In this document: one piece after another, positions 7,755 through 17,504 of the stretch
How the letters are laid out: the number at the start of each line of letters is the position of its first letter
Position numbering within the stretch: the stretch's first letter is position 1
Assembly (NCBI GenBank): GCA_964508365.1
Contig: CAZDTP010000027.1
Coordinates: 1 to 47,487 of the forward strand
DNA length: 47,487 bases
Direction of reading: 5' to 3'
Source of the DNA: an uncultured archaeon
GTDB taxonomy: Archaea > Asgardarchaeota > Lokiarchaeia > Sigyniarchaeales > SOKP01
Notes under the pieces: generated by a model
Databases searched by the model: none
What the model saw: the letters and a program-made list of their open reading frames with translations, nothing else
What the model was told of the DNA's origin: nothing
Program-made: the position numbers and the translations under genes

Positions 7755-7972
7755 GTGATTGTTTTCTCTAATTTAAGCATAAAAAATACTAAAATTTGAG
7801 ATAAATAATTTATATTATTAAAAAATAAATATTTTATCAATCTTCGAAGAATTTCGAATTACTTCTTATCAAACATTTAATTAAATTTAAGGAGTGTTAA
7901 TTTAATGATAAAAAAAGAGTTAATTATTCTAATGTCAATTAAAAAAATAATAAAATATTAAAAAAAATAGAA

Positions 7973-9190
7973 TTATGGTTTTTTTTCTCTTAAAGCTCTA
8001 ACCATCGGCACTTCTTTTCCTGATAATATTTCTAGCATAGCACCCCCACCAGTAGAAATAAAGGAAACATCTTGAGCATAACCTGACATTTCTGCTGCAG
8101 TTCCCATTTCTCCTCCACCAATTACAGATAGAGCTCCATTTTTTTTAGTTGCTAATGCCATTGCTTCAGCCATATCAAAGGTACCTTTTCTAAATACTTC
8201 TTTTTCAAAAATACCAGGTGGTCCGTTAGCAATAATTGTTTTTGCTTTCATTATAATTTCTTTGAATTCTTCTGTAGTTTTAGGACCTATATCACCAGTT
8301 ACAGAGTTGTAATCCTTTAATTCACTGATAGAGATTGCTTTACGGTTCCCGTTTTCTTCAATTATTAAGTCCTTTGGCAAAATGATCTTGTCTTTAAATC
8401 TTTTGTAGGTTTCCTTAATATCATCCTTTGCTTTATCTAAATCTTTTACTATTGCTGCTCGATTTGGTTCTCCGGTTTCAACTCCTATCGCCTCAAAGAT
8501 TAATATAGCTGTTAGACCAGAGCAGAGTGCGTAATCTAATTTATCATTTTCAAAATTGAATTTCATTGCTTTAAACTTATCTAAAGCTTTAGCTCCTCCA
8601 ATAAGCATAACCATTGGCCTTTCAGGAGACTCTAAAATTTTACTCATGTATTCAAATTCCTTAACAGTTGTAGGACCTGCTAGTAAGGTAGGCCATCCTA
8701 TTATCGAAGGTTGTGCTCTATGGGCTGCTCCAAATGCATCTGCGATGAAGTAATCAAACAATGGAGAAAGAGTTTGAATCATTTCTAATTTTCCAGCTTC
8801 AGAGAAGTCTTTAAAAGTTTTATTTTCCAAATCCCAAGTGCGTACATTATTTAGGACTAATACTTCACCCACTTTAAGATCTCGAATTGCATTAATTGCC
8901 TTTTCTCCGAAGACATCTTCAACATATTTAACAGGGCGATCTAACAATTTTCTTATTTCTGCAGCGTGCATTTCTAAAGATGTAAAATCTTTATCACCTG
9001 GACGAGATTGGTGTGCCATAATTACTACAGCACTATCTTTAAGTTCTTCTAATGAGGGGATTAGCGCGTGAATACGAGGTGATTCGCGAATTCTGTTATT
9101 TTCGATGTCGATATTAGAGTTAATATCGACTCTCATCAAAATTTTCTTTCCTTTTAAATCAACATCTTTATAAGATTTATAATCAAACAT
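7973..9190 (-). CDS. pgk: Phosphoglycerate kinase
   Basis: MRVDINSNI, AHQSRPG, DAFGAAHRA, IGGAKALDK, ANGPPGIFE and ISTGGGA motifs. Confidence 0.97.
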   Translation of the reverse strand: MFDYKSYKDVDLKGKKILMRVDINSNIDIENNRIRESPRIHALIPSLEELKDSAVVIMAHQSRPGDKDFTSLEMHAAEIRKLLDRPVKYVEDVFGEKAINAIRDLKVGEVLVLNNVRTWDLENKTFKDFSEAGKLEMIQTLSPLFDYFIADAFGAAHRAQPSIIGWPTLLAGPTTVKEFEYMSKILESPERPMVMLIGGAKALDKFKAMKFNFENDKLDYALCSGLTAILIFEAIGVETGEPNRAAIVKDLDKAKDDIKETYKRFKDKIILPKDLIIEENGNRKAISISELKDYNSVTGDIGPKTTEEFKEIIMKAKTIIANGPPGIFEKEVFRKGTFDMAEAMALATKKNGALSVIGGGEMGTAAEMSGYAQDVSFISTGGGAMLEILSGKEVPMVRALREKKP

Positions 9191-9473
9191 TTAATCTCAC
9201 TCTGTGTAATTTTTGGTTGTAATAAAAGATAATATATTATATCAAAAAAAGTTTTCAAATGTTAAATGGAAATTTGCTACTCTATTAAAAACTGTTAATT
9301 ATGTGGAATCAGCAATTTTAATACAGCCCCATTTGAAACCAAGCAGTTCATACTATAGCTGGGCTAAACTTCACGATTTTTCACGATAGAATCAACGAAA
9401 AATAATAAATATCAAATGTATCATTTGATTTTTAGAATTAATAGATAAAATTAAGATTATTATAAATAAAACG

Positions 9474-9905
9474 ATGGAAAAATCAATTAAAAATCAATTG
9501 TCAAATGTGAAAAACTCCACAAGAATTAAAGTTAGATTCAACGATACAGATGCTATGGGTATTGTTCACTTTAAAAACTATTTAGTATATTTTGATGATG
9601 GATTTGTAAGCTTCATGAATGATGTACTTTCACCTAAAAGAATTGAAGAAACCGTTCATGAAGGAACTGTTTTTGGGGTAAAAAAAGTCGATATAACTTA
9701 TGAAGGTTCAGCAAAATTTGGCGATTATGTTATTGTTAAAACTGAAATAATAAAAATAGGAACATCATCTATTACTTTTCGACACGAGATTTTTAGGGAA
9801 TCAGATAATATTCTGATAGCAAAAATAGAATGTGTAAGGTTAGCAATGGATAATAAAACGAATAAATTGCTTAATGTTATTGATTTTTTTACTAATTATT
9901 TGTGA
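9474..9905 (+). CDS. Acyl-CoA thioesterase, hotdog fold (YbgC/4HBT family)
   Basis: VRFNDTDAMGIVHFKNYLVYF motif. Confidence 0.9.
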   Translation: MEKSIKNQLSNVKNSTRIKVRFNDTDAMGIVHFKNYLVYFDDGFVSFMNDVLSPKRIEETVHEGTVFGVKKVDITYEGSAKFGDYVIVKTEIIKIGTSSITFRHEIFRESDNILIAKIECVRLAMDNKTNKLLNVIDFFTNYL

Positions 9906-10204
9906 TTTAGCAATTTCACCTAATTAAAAACTATAAGAATTGTTTAAATTCTAAATTTTAATGAAAAGTATTAAAAAATCGAATTACAATATAATAACCA
10001 ATTTTAGCGAAAAAATTCTTTTACAACAAGGTTGCTGAACTGCGTCAATTTTTCCGTGAGATCTGTTCTATCTGATTTAAACCTATTTAAATGAAAATGC
10101 GAAAAAAAAATAAGTTGGAATATCTTTGTAAATTTATTAAGACTAAAAGATTTTTATGAGTATTGAGGTTTGAACATAACCTCTTACGAAATTTAATTCG
10201 GTGA

Positions 10205-10990
10205 TTGAGAGTGGATGAAATCAGAGAAATATTAAATCGGTTGTTAAAAAAAGAGTGCTCAGTCGAAGAAGCAGAGAAATTGTTAAAAGCAAATGCTATT
10301 GAAGAAATTGGAGATTTTGCTAAATTAGATATTTTTAGAAAGGTACGCACTGGTATCGTTGAGGTTATATATGCTGAAAACAAGAAACCCGAAGTAACTT
10401 TAGATATTATTTACTCTTTTTTGAATAAAAATAGGTTTGCCATTGTTTCAAGATATACAGAAGATTTAATCTCTCTAATATCAAAAGAATTCGAAAATAG
10501 CGAAGCTTATTCCGTAGATATAAATGAATTCGCTAAAACCTTGATAATAAAGGAAAAAACCTACAAATTTGAAAAAAAGGGGGGAAAATTAGGTATAATC
10601 ACGGCTGGGAGTTCAGATATTCCCGTTGCCGAAGAAGCAAAAGTGATAGCAGAATCGATGGGTTGCGAGGTTATTACCAGTTATGATTTAGGGATTGCGG
10701 GAATTCATCGTCTTTTTACACCTCTCAGTGAAATGATCAAAAAGGGTATTCAAGTAATCATTGTATGTGCAGGTATGGAGGGGACATTACCCGGAGTAGT
10801 TGCTGCGCTTGTGAACATTCCAGTAATTGGAGTTCCTATTTCTAGTGGTTACGGTTTAGGAGAAAAAGGCATTGGTGCTTTAACAACGATGTTACAATCT
10901 TGTTCGCCTGGATTGTTAGTTGTTAATATAGACAATGGTTTTGGAGCAGGAGCTTCTGCGGCGTTAATTGCAAATAAAATAGCAGAATAA
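10205..10990 (+). CDS. larB: Nickel-pincer cofactor biosynthesis protein LarB (PurE-like)
   Basis: DIFRKVRTGIVEVIY, AGSSDIPVAEEA, AGMEGTLPGVV, PISSGYG and SCSPGLLVVNIDNGFGA. Start could be GTG 10211. Confidence 0.93.
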   Translation: MRVDEIREILNRLLKKECSVEEAEKLLKANAIEEIGDFAKLDIFRKVRTGIVEVIYAENKKPEVTLDIIYSFLNKNRFAIVSRYTEDLISLISKEFENSEAYSVDINEFAKTLIIKEKTYKFEKKGGKLGIITAGSSDIPVAEEAKVIAESMGCEVITSYDLGIAGIHRLFTPLSEMIKKGIQVIIVCAGMEGTLPGVVAALVNIPVIGVPISSGYGLGEKGIGALTTMLQSCSPGLLVVNIDNGFGAGASAALIANKIAE

Positions 10991-11155
10991 ATTCACTTTT
11001 TAAGACTAAATTTTTTGCTTTCATTTTATCATTCAGTTTTTTCTTCGAGTAATGTAAGATGTTCAGTTTATAATGAGAAAGTAATTTATATAAGTAAAAC
11101 CAAGATTTTGTATAATCATATAACTAAATTTAAGATTAAAAAATAAGTGTATGTT

Positions 11156-11818
11156 ATGGCACCTACACCAGCTTCTGTTGAAGCATTATCAAAATTGAGA
11201 CAATTAAATCCTGTAACAGGTTGGTATGTTATAACTCTTTTTGTTATTGTTTTATATATATATGGTGTTGAGATCAAAAAAGCAAGAGAAACTAACAATT
11301 GGAGCACTGTCTTCGCTGGATTAACATTACTAGGCCTAGATCTTATTAATGAGATATGGAATGGATTAGTATTTGCGTTTTCTAATTACTCAGCGTTTTG
11401 GACTACTCCGGGAGCAAGTGCTTATATAATTCTAATTGGCTGGAACATAGAAATTGCTTTTATGTTTTCTATTGCCGGAATAGTCTTTACTAAATTCTTA
11501 CCTAAAGATAAGAATAAAAAAATGTTTGGATTACCGAACAGATGGGCTATGGCAATTGGATTCGCAATTTTCTCAGTCTTCGTTGAAATTTTATTGAATT
11601 GGGGTAATTATTTAATATGGGAATATACATTTTGGAATTGGTATAATCCGATATTTATATTCCTAATTGGCTACTTTCATTTCTACATTGGCACATTTTA
11701 TGTATATGACTTACCAGAAAGAAAGGATAAGATTAAGATCGTAGGGATCATCTATGGAATATCAATTGTTTTATTATGCATTTTTGGGCCATTACTAGGA
11801 CCCATAGGAATATTTTAA
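11156..11818 (+). CDS. Hypothetical polytopic membrane protein
   Basis: About 7 hydrophobic segments, Trp-rich (FWTTPG, IGWNIEIAF, FWNW). ATG 11156 preferred over GTG 11147. Confidence 0.8.
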   Translation: MAPTPASVEALSKLRQLNPVTGWYVITLFVIVLYIYGVEIKKARETNNWSTVFAGLTLLGLDLINEIWNGLVFAFSNYSAFWTTPGASAYIILIGWNIEIAFMFSIAGIVFTKFLPKDKNKKMFGLPNRWAMAIGFAIFSVFVEILLNWGNYLIWEYTFWNWYNPIFIFLIGYFHFYIGTFYVYDLPERKDKIKIVGIIYGISIVLLCIFGPLLGPIGIF

Positions 11819-11826
11819 AATACACC

Positions 11827-11837
11827 TTTTTTTTTTT
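11827..11837 (+). terminator. Oligo(T) archaeal-type terminator candidate
   Basis: T11 run 9 nt after the stop at 11818. Confidence 0.45.
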
Positions 11838-12106
11838 AATTTTGTTCTTTTTAATGTTTTAGATTAATTTTTGAGTGAGATCTTCGTTTAATTAGAAGCA
11901 TATTTGAATAAACCCTCTCTGCACCTTGGATAAATATTACTTAATGTTTAACCCAATTAGACATTAATAAATTTTCGCTCTATTTTTATTATCCTTACAC
12001 CTTATTCTTCAAATGTAAAAGTATAAATATATAGATCGATATAATTATTATTGATATTTCTAATTCTTTAATTCTAAATCTAATAAAAAAAAAAGAAAAC
12101 TATTAG

Positions 12107-12649
12107 TTGAGACCAATGGTCGCAACAGTTGATAATTTAAAGAAGTCGAAAGAATTTTTTAAAAGTGGCGATGTTCTTAATGCACTAGAGAGTTTTGATA
12201 AAACTTTAAACCAGTCAGATTCATCAAAAGACATTAACAAAAAAGAGTCAATTTTGTTTTTGGAAAATCTTTTACAACATTGTAAGGAAAACAACCTAAA
12301 AAACGAAGAAGCCATGGTTTTACGAACTTTAGGAAGAACCCATTCTAAATTTAAAAATCATGTGGAAGGGTTAAAATATTCCTATCAAGCATTAAAAATT
12401 CAAAAGAAAATTGGTAGAAAATTAGATGTTGCAGAGAGTTTAGCTTTTCTTGCTGAAGATCTCGAAATATCAGGTAATTACGACGAATGCATAAAATCTT
12501 TTACCGAGGCTGCTGAAATTTTTCATGAATTAGGCAAATTAAGTAAAGAAAAAGAAATTAAAATCGAAATAAAACGTTTGAAAGATTTTTCTGAAGAAAT
12601 AGTTAAGGACGAATATATCTTAAAAGAATTCCATATAGATGACTATTAA
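12107..12649 (+). CDS. Tetratricopeptide-repeat protein
   Basis: Helical repeats such as AMVLRTLGRTHSKFKNHVEGLKYSYQALKI and AESLAFLAEDLEISGNYDECIKSFTEAAEI. Start could be ATG 12116. Confidence 0.8.
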   Translation: MRPMVATVDNLKKSKEFFKSGDVLNALESFDKTLNQSDSSKDINKKESILFLENLLQHCKENNLKNEEAMVLRTLGRTHSKFKNHVEGLKYSYQALKIQKKIGRKLDVAESLAFLAEDLEISGNYDECIKSFTEAAEIFHELGKLSKEKEIKIEIKRLKDFSEEIVKDEYILKEFHIDDY

Positions 12650-12726
12650 AACCATCCGGGTACTGCCATTAAATTAAAAAGATACTTTTTTTTTCTTTGA
12701 TTTTTAATGAATAGCGTAAGCCACGA

Positions 12727-14013
12727 TTATAAATTATTCTTGTAAAGCATTTCTATCACATTTTGACAATAAATTAGTATTTCTCTAATAGTCAGAGATG
12801 TTTGTTTGCTGATTAAACTTAAATCTTCAAATTCAGGTTTGATATTGATTATTTCTGTTTTTTCTCCTTTTCTAATCAAAGAAATTTTAAAATTCAGTTC
12901 ATACCATTTACCATTGATTTCTATTTTTTCATTCACAATTTTACGTTCTATGCAAACGCGCTTGCTTGAATAAAATCTTACACCAAGCGTACCCAACTCT
13001 CTTAAAGTTTTAAGTATTAAATCATAATTATGAGAAGGATCACAAATAATCTTTATGATGTGGCCAGGACGATTTTTCTTAGTAATGCTTGGGATTATTT
13101 GAATATCTAGAATATCTTCATTTCCTAAAATATTTACAAAATTGCCTAAAATCTCTCCTGATACATCGTCTACAGCAGTTTCTAAAATACTGACTTCCTC
13201 AATGTAATTACTTAGAGGATGCAACATATTAGAACTCATCAAGTGCTTAGTTTCTCCGTAAAACAAACGAATAGTATTCGAAAAAGCGTTAAACTCTTTT
13301 TGTCCCGTCCCACAGGATATTTTTAATAGATTCATAGAGGGAACAAATTCTGAATAGGTTGGATGCAAATTTACCAATAGCGCTGCTCCGGTAGGCGTTA
13401 CTAATTCAGTTTCAATAGGTCCTCCTTTTAAAAAGAGATTAGATTTTTCTAATATTTTTACTGTAGCTGGAGCGGGAATAGGCAAGATTCCGTGCGCACT
13501 TTTTATTTTTCCACCACCCAAAGGCACTTCGCTACAATAATATGAGAAATTAGTATCAAATCCCCCTATTGTATCAATAAGTTTCGTCACTCCCAAAATA
13601 TCAATTAATGTGTCAACTGAGCTTAATTCGTGAAGGTGTATATTTTCGATTAAATTTCCATGAACTTCAGCTTCGGCTTTAAATAAAGTACTTAAAACTT
13701 TCCTTGCATACTCTTTAGCTTTATTCGAAAAATCTTTCTCATTAAGATACTCCTCGAGAGCGTTCGAAAGATCCTCTGGAGATCTATGCATTTTAGATTC
13801 CTCTATTATTATTTCAAGTTTATTAGTCTCAATCCCCATCCTTTTAACCTGCCTGAGATCAAGTTCTAATTTAGATACCCCTTTTAACTTTTTCTTTAAA
13901 TCTCTCAAATTTGTGAGGATTTGAGTTGTATCAGGTATTAAACCTAATAACGATGCTAATAACATATCTCCAGAGATTCCTGAGTTAGTTAAATCAAAAT
14001 ATATAGATTTCAT
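12727..14013 (-). CDS. larC: Nickel insertion protein LarC, single uninterrupted ORF
   Basis: SGISGDMLL, IHLHELSSVD, PIPAPAT, ELVTPTGAALL, KKNRPG and GTLGVR motifs. Confidence 0.95.
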   Translation of the reverse strand: MKSIYFDLTNSGISGDMLLASLLGLIPDTTQILTNLRDLKKKLKGVSKLELDLRQVKRMGIETNKLEIIIEESKMHRSPEDLSNALEEYLNEKDFSNKAKEYARKVLSTLFKAEAEVHGNLIENIHLHELSSVDTLIDILGVTKLIDTIGGFDTNFSYYCSEVPLGGGKIKSAHGILPIPAPATVKILEKSNLFLKGGPIETELVTPTGAALLVNLHPTYSEFVPSMNLLKISCGTGQKEFNAFSNTIRLFYGETKHLMSSNMLHPLSNYIEEVSILETAVDDVSGEILGNFVNILGNEDILDIQIIPSITKKNRPGHIIKIICDPSHNYDLILKTLRELGTLGVRFYSSKRVCIERKIVNEKIEINGKWYELNFKISLIRKGEKTEIINIKPEFEDLSLISKQTSLTIREILIYCQNVIEMLYKNNL

Positions 14014-14173
14014 CACATACTCACATCCACGATTATAATAGGTGAATTTGTACCTAGTAATATAAATAAAATAACAATACTAAAAATAATAAACCGTTGT
14101 TATTTTATCATAAATTGTACTTAATATCAATTTAATAGTTATAAATTTAAGAATAAAAGAGAAATGATTCGTT

Positions 14174-14908
14174 ATGAGTGAACTTCAGACAATCAAATGT
14201 TACTTAAATCAAATACCTTCCACTTTTATAAAGTTGCTAGGTATCGATCCACCCTCTGGAATAATTCCAGAACCCGTCAAAGAGGTTGTTGATCTCTATC
14301 ACGGTATTGAACGAATTAGTATTAGTACAATTGATAATTTTGGTTTATTTGAACTTACATTTAATAAACCCGAATTTATGATAACAAATTCCGAAGTAAT
14401 GCTGCTTCTCTCCACCAAAAACCCTTATACTTTAGGCGTTTTACATCAAATTATGTATGGAGGATTCGAGTTTGAACCCAACGGATTTCATTTGCTAAGA
14501 TATCTAAATGAACGCGGAAAGAAATCCTGCTTTGTTGGAAGAAAAAAAGACTTAGATAGATACGATGGAGGTACTAATTCGATTCCAAAAGAAACGGATA
14601 TGGCTACATGGGTTGAATCTGCGAAGGTTATTAATAATTTTGAAGTATCTTGGATGCATTATTTAGATTTTGAAAATCTTCACAAACAGCAACAAGCATT
14701 AAAACAAAGAACTCCCGAAGACTTAATTGATAAATTAATACTTCGTACTGACAAATGGATTTTAGGGAACTACAAACAACTTAGAAATAATTCTCTAATG
14801 GTAATTCTAGGCGATCACGGCAGAGTTAAATTAAATTTGGAGTTTTCTGGCAAGATAGCTCAATGGCGGGAAGCTAGCGTACCGATAGCTATTTTAATTA
14901 GGAAATAA
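14174..14908 (+). CDS. Alkaline phosphatase/nucleotide pyrophosphatase-fold protein, divergent
   Basis: Metal-ligand-like motifs IDNFG, HYLDFENLH and VILGDHG, plus a candidate Thr nucleophile in NPYTLG. Confidence 0.6.
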   Translation: MSELQTIKCYLNQIPSTFIKLLGIDPPSGIIPEPVKEVVDLYHGIERISISTIDNFGLFELTFNKPEFMITNSEVMLLLSTKNPYTLGVLHQIMYGGFEFEPNGFHLLRYLNERGKKSCFVGRKKDLDRYDGGTNSIPKETDMATWVESAKVINNFEVSWMHYLDFENLHKQQQALKQRTPEDLIDKLILRTDKWILGNYKQLRNNSLMVILGDHGRVKLNLEFSGKIAQWREASVPIAILIRK

Positions 14909-14935
14909 GTTTATACTATTTTTATAAAAATTAAG

Positions 14936-15469
14936 ATGTCTAAAATGGAAGAATATAAGCGCTTTACAGTTTCACTTCCTAAAGATTTATACGACAAATT
15001 TGAAGCTTTCAGGAATAATATTGGTATTTCGAGATCAGATAGCATAAGGAAAGCAATGTATGCTTTAATGGCTAGTGAAGAAACTATTCCAAAAGCTTCT
15101 GGAAATGTTGTTGGTTGCATTCCAATAGTTATGCTTCATGAACATTTTACCGATAAACATGAAAAGGAAGATATTACAGAGCATTATCATGAAATTAATC
15201 ATGATGATAAATACCATGATCACGAATATGATTCTAGACCAATATACGCCTCTGTCCAACAAACAGACGAAATCTTGAAAAATGACATTCAACATCATTT
15301 CTATGATGTTATTACATCAACTTTACACGTACATCTTGAATTTGAAAAATGTTTAGAAATTATTGCAGTGTCTGGTCCCTTTGAAAGAGTAAAAAAACTT
15401 AAGAAAGCTTTGCAAAGATTAAGAAGTGTCGTATCGATACAGGTTTTTGTCATTGATAAAGAATTTTGA
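14936..15469 (+). CDS. nikR: Nickel-responsive regulator NikR with a His-rich insertion
   Basis: RHH N-terminus (RFTVSLP...SRSDSIRKAM). C-domain QH...LHVH...CLEII supplies H120/H131/H133/C139 at the spacing of the NikR high-affinity site. Confidence 0.9.
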   Translation: MSKMEEYKRFTVSLPKDLYDKFEAFRNNIGISRSDSIRKAMYALMASEETIPKASGNVVGCIPIVMLHEHFTDKHEKEDITEHYHEINHDDKYHDHEYDSRPIYASVQQTDEILKNDIQHHFYDVITSTLHVHLEFEKCLEIIAVSGPFERVKKLKKALQRLRSVVSIQVFVIDKEF

Positions 15470-15777
15470 TATAAAATTAAGTATTGCCATTAAAAATAAT
15501 AATCTTGCTTAAAAGGAAGAGAAAAGAATAAAAAATTCTATTCATACAAGAAAAGAATAAAGATAAGGCGATTTATGAAGAATTTTTTATTCTATTAGAT
15601 CGTGTTTATTGTGTGTGTTATAACTACAATAACATATTTTTATTAAAAATAAGAATACATAGGAAAATTAGTAATTTTTCAGATATAAAAAAAAAGAATG
15701 ATTTTAATTTAATAAAAAAAAATTTTCCTTGCAGATGTTTATGAACAATAAATTTGCAGTCCTCTTAAGGATATTCT

Positions 15778-15975
15778 TTATAAATCCTTCTCTTGGACTG
15801 TTTTTCTACCGTTCGCTTTTGCACGACCAATCGCTTTATCGAGTATATCAATCAGCGCATTATTGAGTGCTGGACCATCAATTACATCTCCAGATGTGTT
15901 ACAATCCTTAGATTTGATATAGTCTCGAACTTTGGATTTTACGAATAAAACATCAACTGCTGCTTTTTTAGCCAT
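15778..15975 (-). CDS. Short histone-fold protein (Bd0055-like/face-to-face type, not HMf-like)
   Basis: LFVKSKVRDYIK...NTS...ILDKAIGRAKANGRKTVQEKDL. Ends at the RKTV..xDL motif with helix 3 truncated. Confidence 0.85.
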   Translation of the reverse strand: MAKKAAVDVLFVKSKVRDYIKSKDCNTSGDVIDGPALNNALIDILDKAIGRAKANGRKTVQEKDL

Positions 15976-16386
15976 TTTTTATTCCTCCTTTAATTATTTA
16001 AATATCTTTTAAAAATAAATTTGTGTTTAAAGAATATTTCTCCTACTCATATTTAAAGTTAGTTGAAAAAACATCATAGAAGGTTAATATTTTGGGTGTA
16101 CCAGCGATCTACAATATCGGTGTTAAATTGAAATTTAACAAGGTTTACTCAATGATCTTTAGGATTTGTGTATACGCAAGGTAAATCATATGCTAGAGTT
16201 GCTACATATGTAGTATCTTCTTACTTGTGAGTATAAGAGTTGTTCAAGCTATTTTAAACTAGATTAAGATCATATGACCTAACTCATCTAATTTGGATTA
16301 GATGGATTTTTCTAATTTTAAAAATTAACAGTTTTAACTATGAATGATGAATCAAAAAGTGAGAAAGATACTAATAAAACTTTAAT

Positions 16387-17385
16387 ATGAATTCCAAGAA
16401 TTCTGTTCTAGCAAGAGCACCAACAAGAATTTGCGACATTGGAGGATGGACAGATACATGGTTTTACCCAAAAGGAGCTATATTTAGTTTTTGCGTGAAT
16501 CTCTATAGTTATGTAAGACTTATTGAAAACAAAAGTAAAACGATAAAAATATTTGCTGAAAATCTTGAACAAAGCACTGAAATTCTTAATTTAAAGAAAA
16601 TTGAATATAATGGCGTTTTGGATTTATTAAAAGCAGCGATTAAAAGAATGAATATAGAAAATGGTTTAGATATTTTTGTGAGAGCAGACGCACCACCGGG
16701 ATGTGGAACAGGTACTAGTGCGAGTGTTGCAGTTGCTTTAATTTCTGCCTTAGCCACTTACAAAAGACAAAATATGGATCAAAACAATATTGCTGCTTTA
16801 GCACACAAACTCGAAACTGAAGAACTTGGGCTTGAAAGTGGAGTTCAAGATCAGTATGCTGCTGCTTATGGGGGAATTAATTTTATGGAGATTGCTTATC
16901 CTAAAGTAAAACTATCAAAAATAGAAATTAATGAGGATCGTATTCTAAAACTTGAAAAACAATTTATTTTAGTCTATTTTGGTTCAAGAAGTTCGAGTAA
17001 AATGCATAATGCAGTTATAAATAATTACATAAATCGAGATATGGCTACAATCAATTCTTTTGAAATCATGAGACAGTGTGCATATGAAATGAAAGTTTCT
17101 ATTAATTCTGACATAGAAATCCTTGGGGAGATTATGAATAGAAATTGGGAAGCTCAGAAATCTCTTCACCCCTTAATGATTAATCCTGTAGTAACTAAAG
17201 CAGAAAAAATTGCTAAGAATAACGGTGCGTTAGGGTTTAAGTGTAATGGTGCAGGTGGAGGCGGATCAGCTACTATTCTAGCTGAGTGTGGTCAAGAATA
17301 TCAGATCAAAAAAAAATTAATTGAAAACGGTTATACAATATTACCATGTAAATTAAGTTTTACTGGTGTAAGAAGTTATGACTAG
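16387..17385 (+). CDS. GHMP-family sugar kinase (HddA/heptose-7-phosphate kinase-like)
   Basis: RAPTRICDIGGWTD, PPGCGTGTSAS, GVQDQYAAAYGG and KCNGAGGGG. Confidence 0.9.
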   Translation: MNSKNSVLARAPTRICDIGGWTDTWFYPKGAIFSFCVNLYSYVRLIENKSKTIKIFAENLEQSTEILNLKKIEYNGVLDLLKAAIKRMNIENGLDIFVRADAPPGCGTGTSASVAVALISALATYKRQNMDQNNIAALAHKLETEELGLESGVQDQYAAAYGGINFMEIAYPKVKLSKIEINEDRILKLEKQFILVYFGSRSSSKMHNAVINNYINRDMATINSFEIMRQCAYEMKVSINSDIEILGEIMNRNWEAQKSLHPLMINPVVTKAEKIAKNNGALGFKCNGAGGGGSATILAECGQEYQIKKKLIENGYTILPCKLSFTGVRSYD

Positions 17386-17504
17386 TATGGCTTTATTAAA
17401 TGAAGATACTAATTCTAATCTAATTTACACTTGTTTATCTTTAATTTATAATGGAGAAAATGCAAAAGTTTGAGCTTTTTATAGTTTTAATTTAAAAATC
17501 TATC

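Noticed and set aside
7617-7799. Track ORF of 60 aa (+) and the 21-codon extension of ORF 7175-7717
   Set aside because: Both overlap tRNA-Val and are artefacts of its GC-rich sequence.
9325-9388. GC-richer patch with AGCCC/GGGCT pairing and a TTCACGAT tandem repeat upstream of pgk
   Set aside because: It does not fold into a tRNA, SECIS or other recognisable RNA by eye, and the pairing is too short.
9968-9997. Possible NikR box GTATTA-N18-TAATAA upstream of larB
   Set aside because: The spacing is longer than in characterised NikR operators, one arm is imperfect, and the background is very AT-rich.
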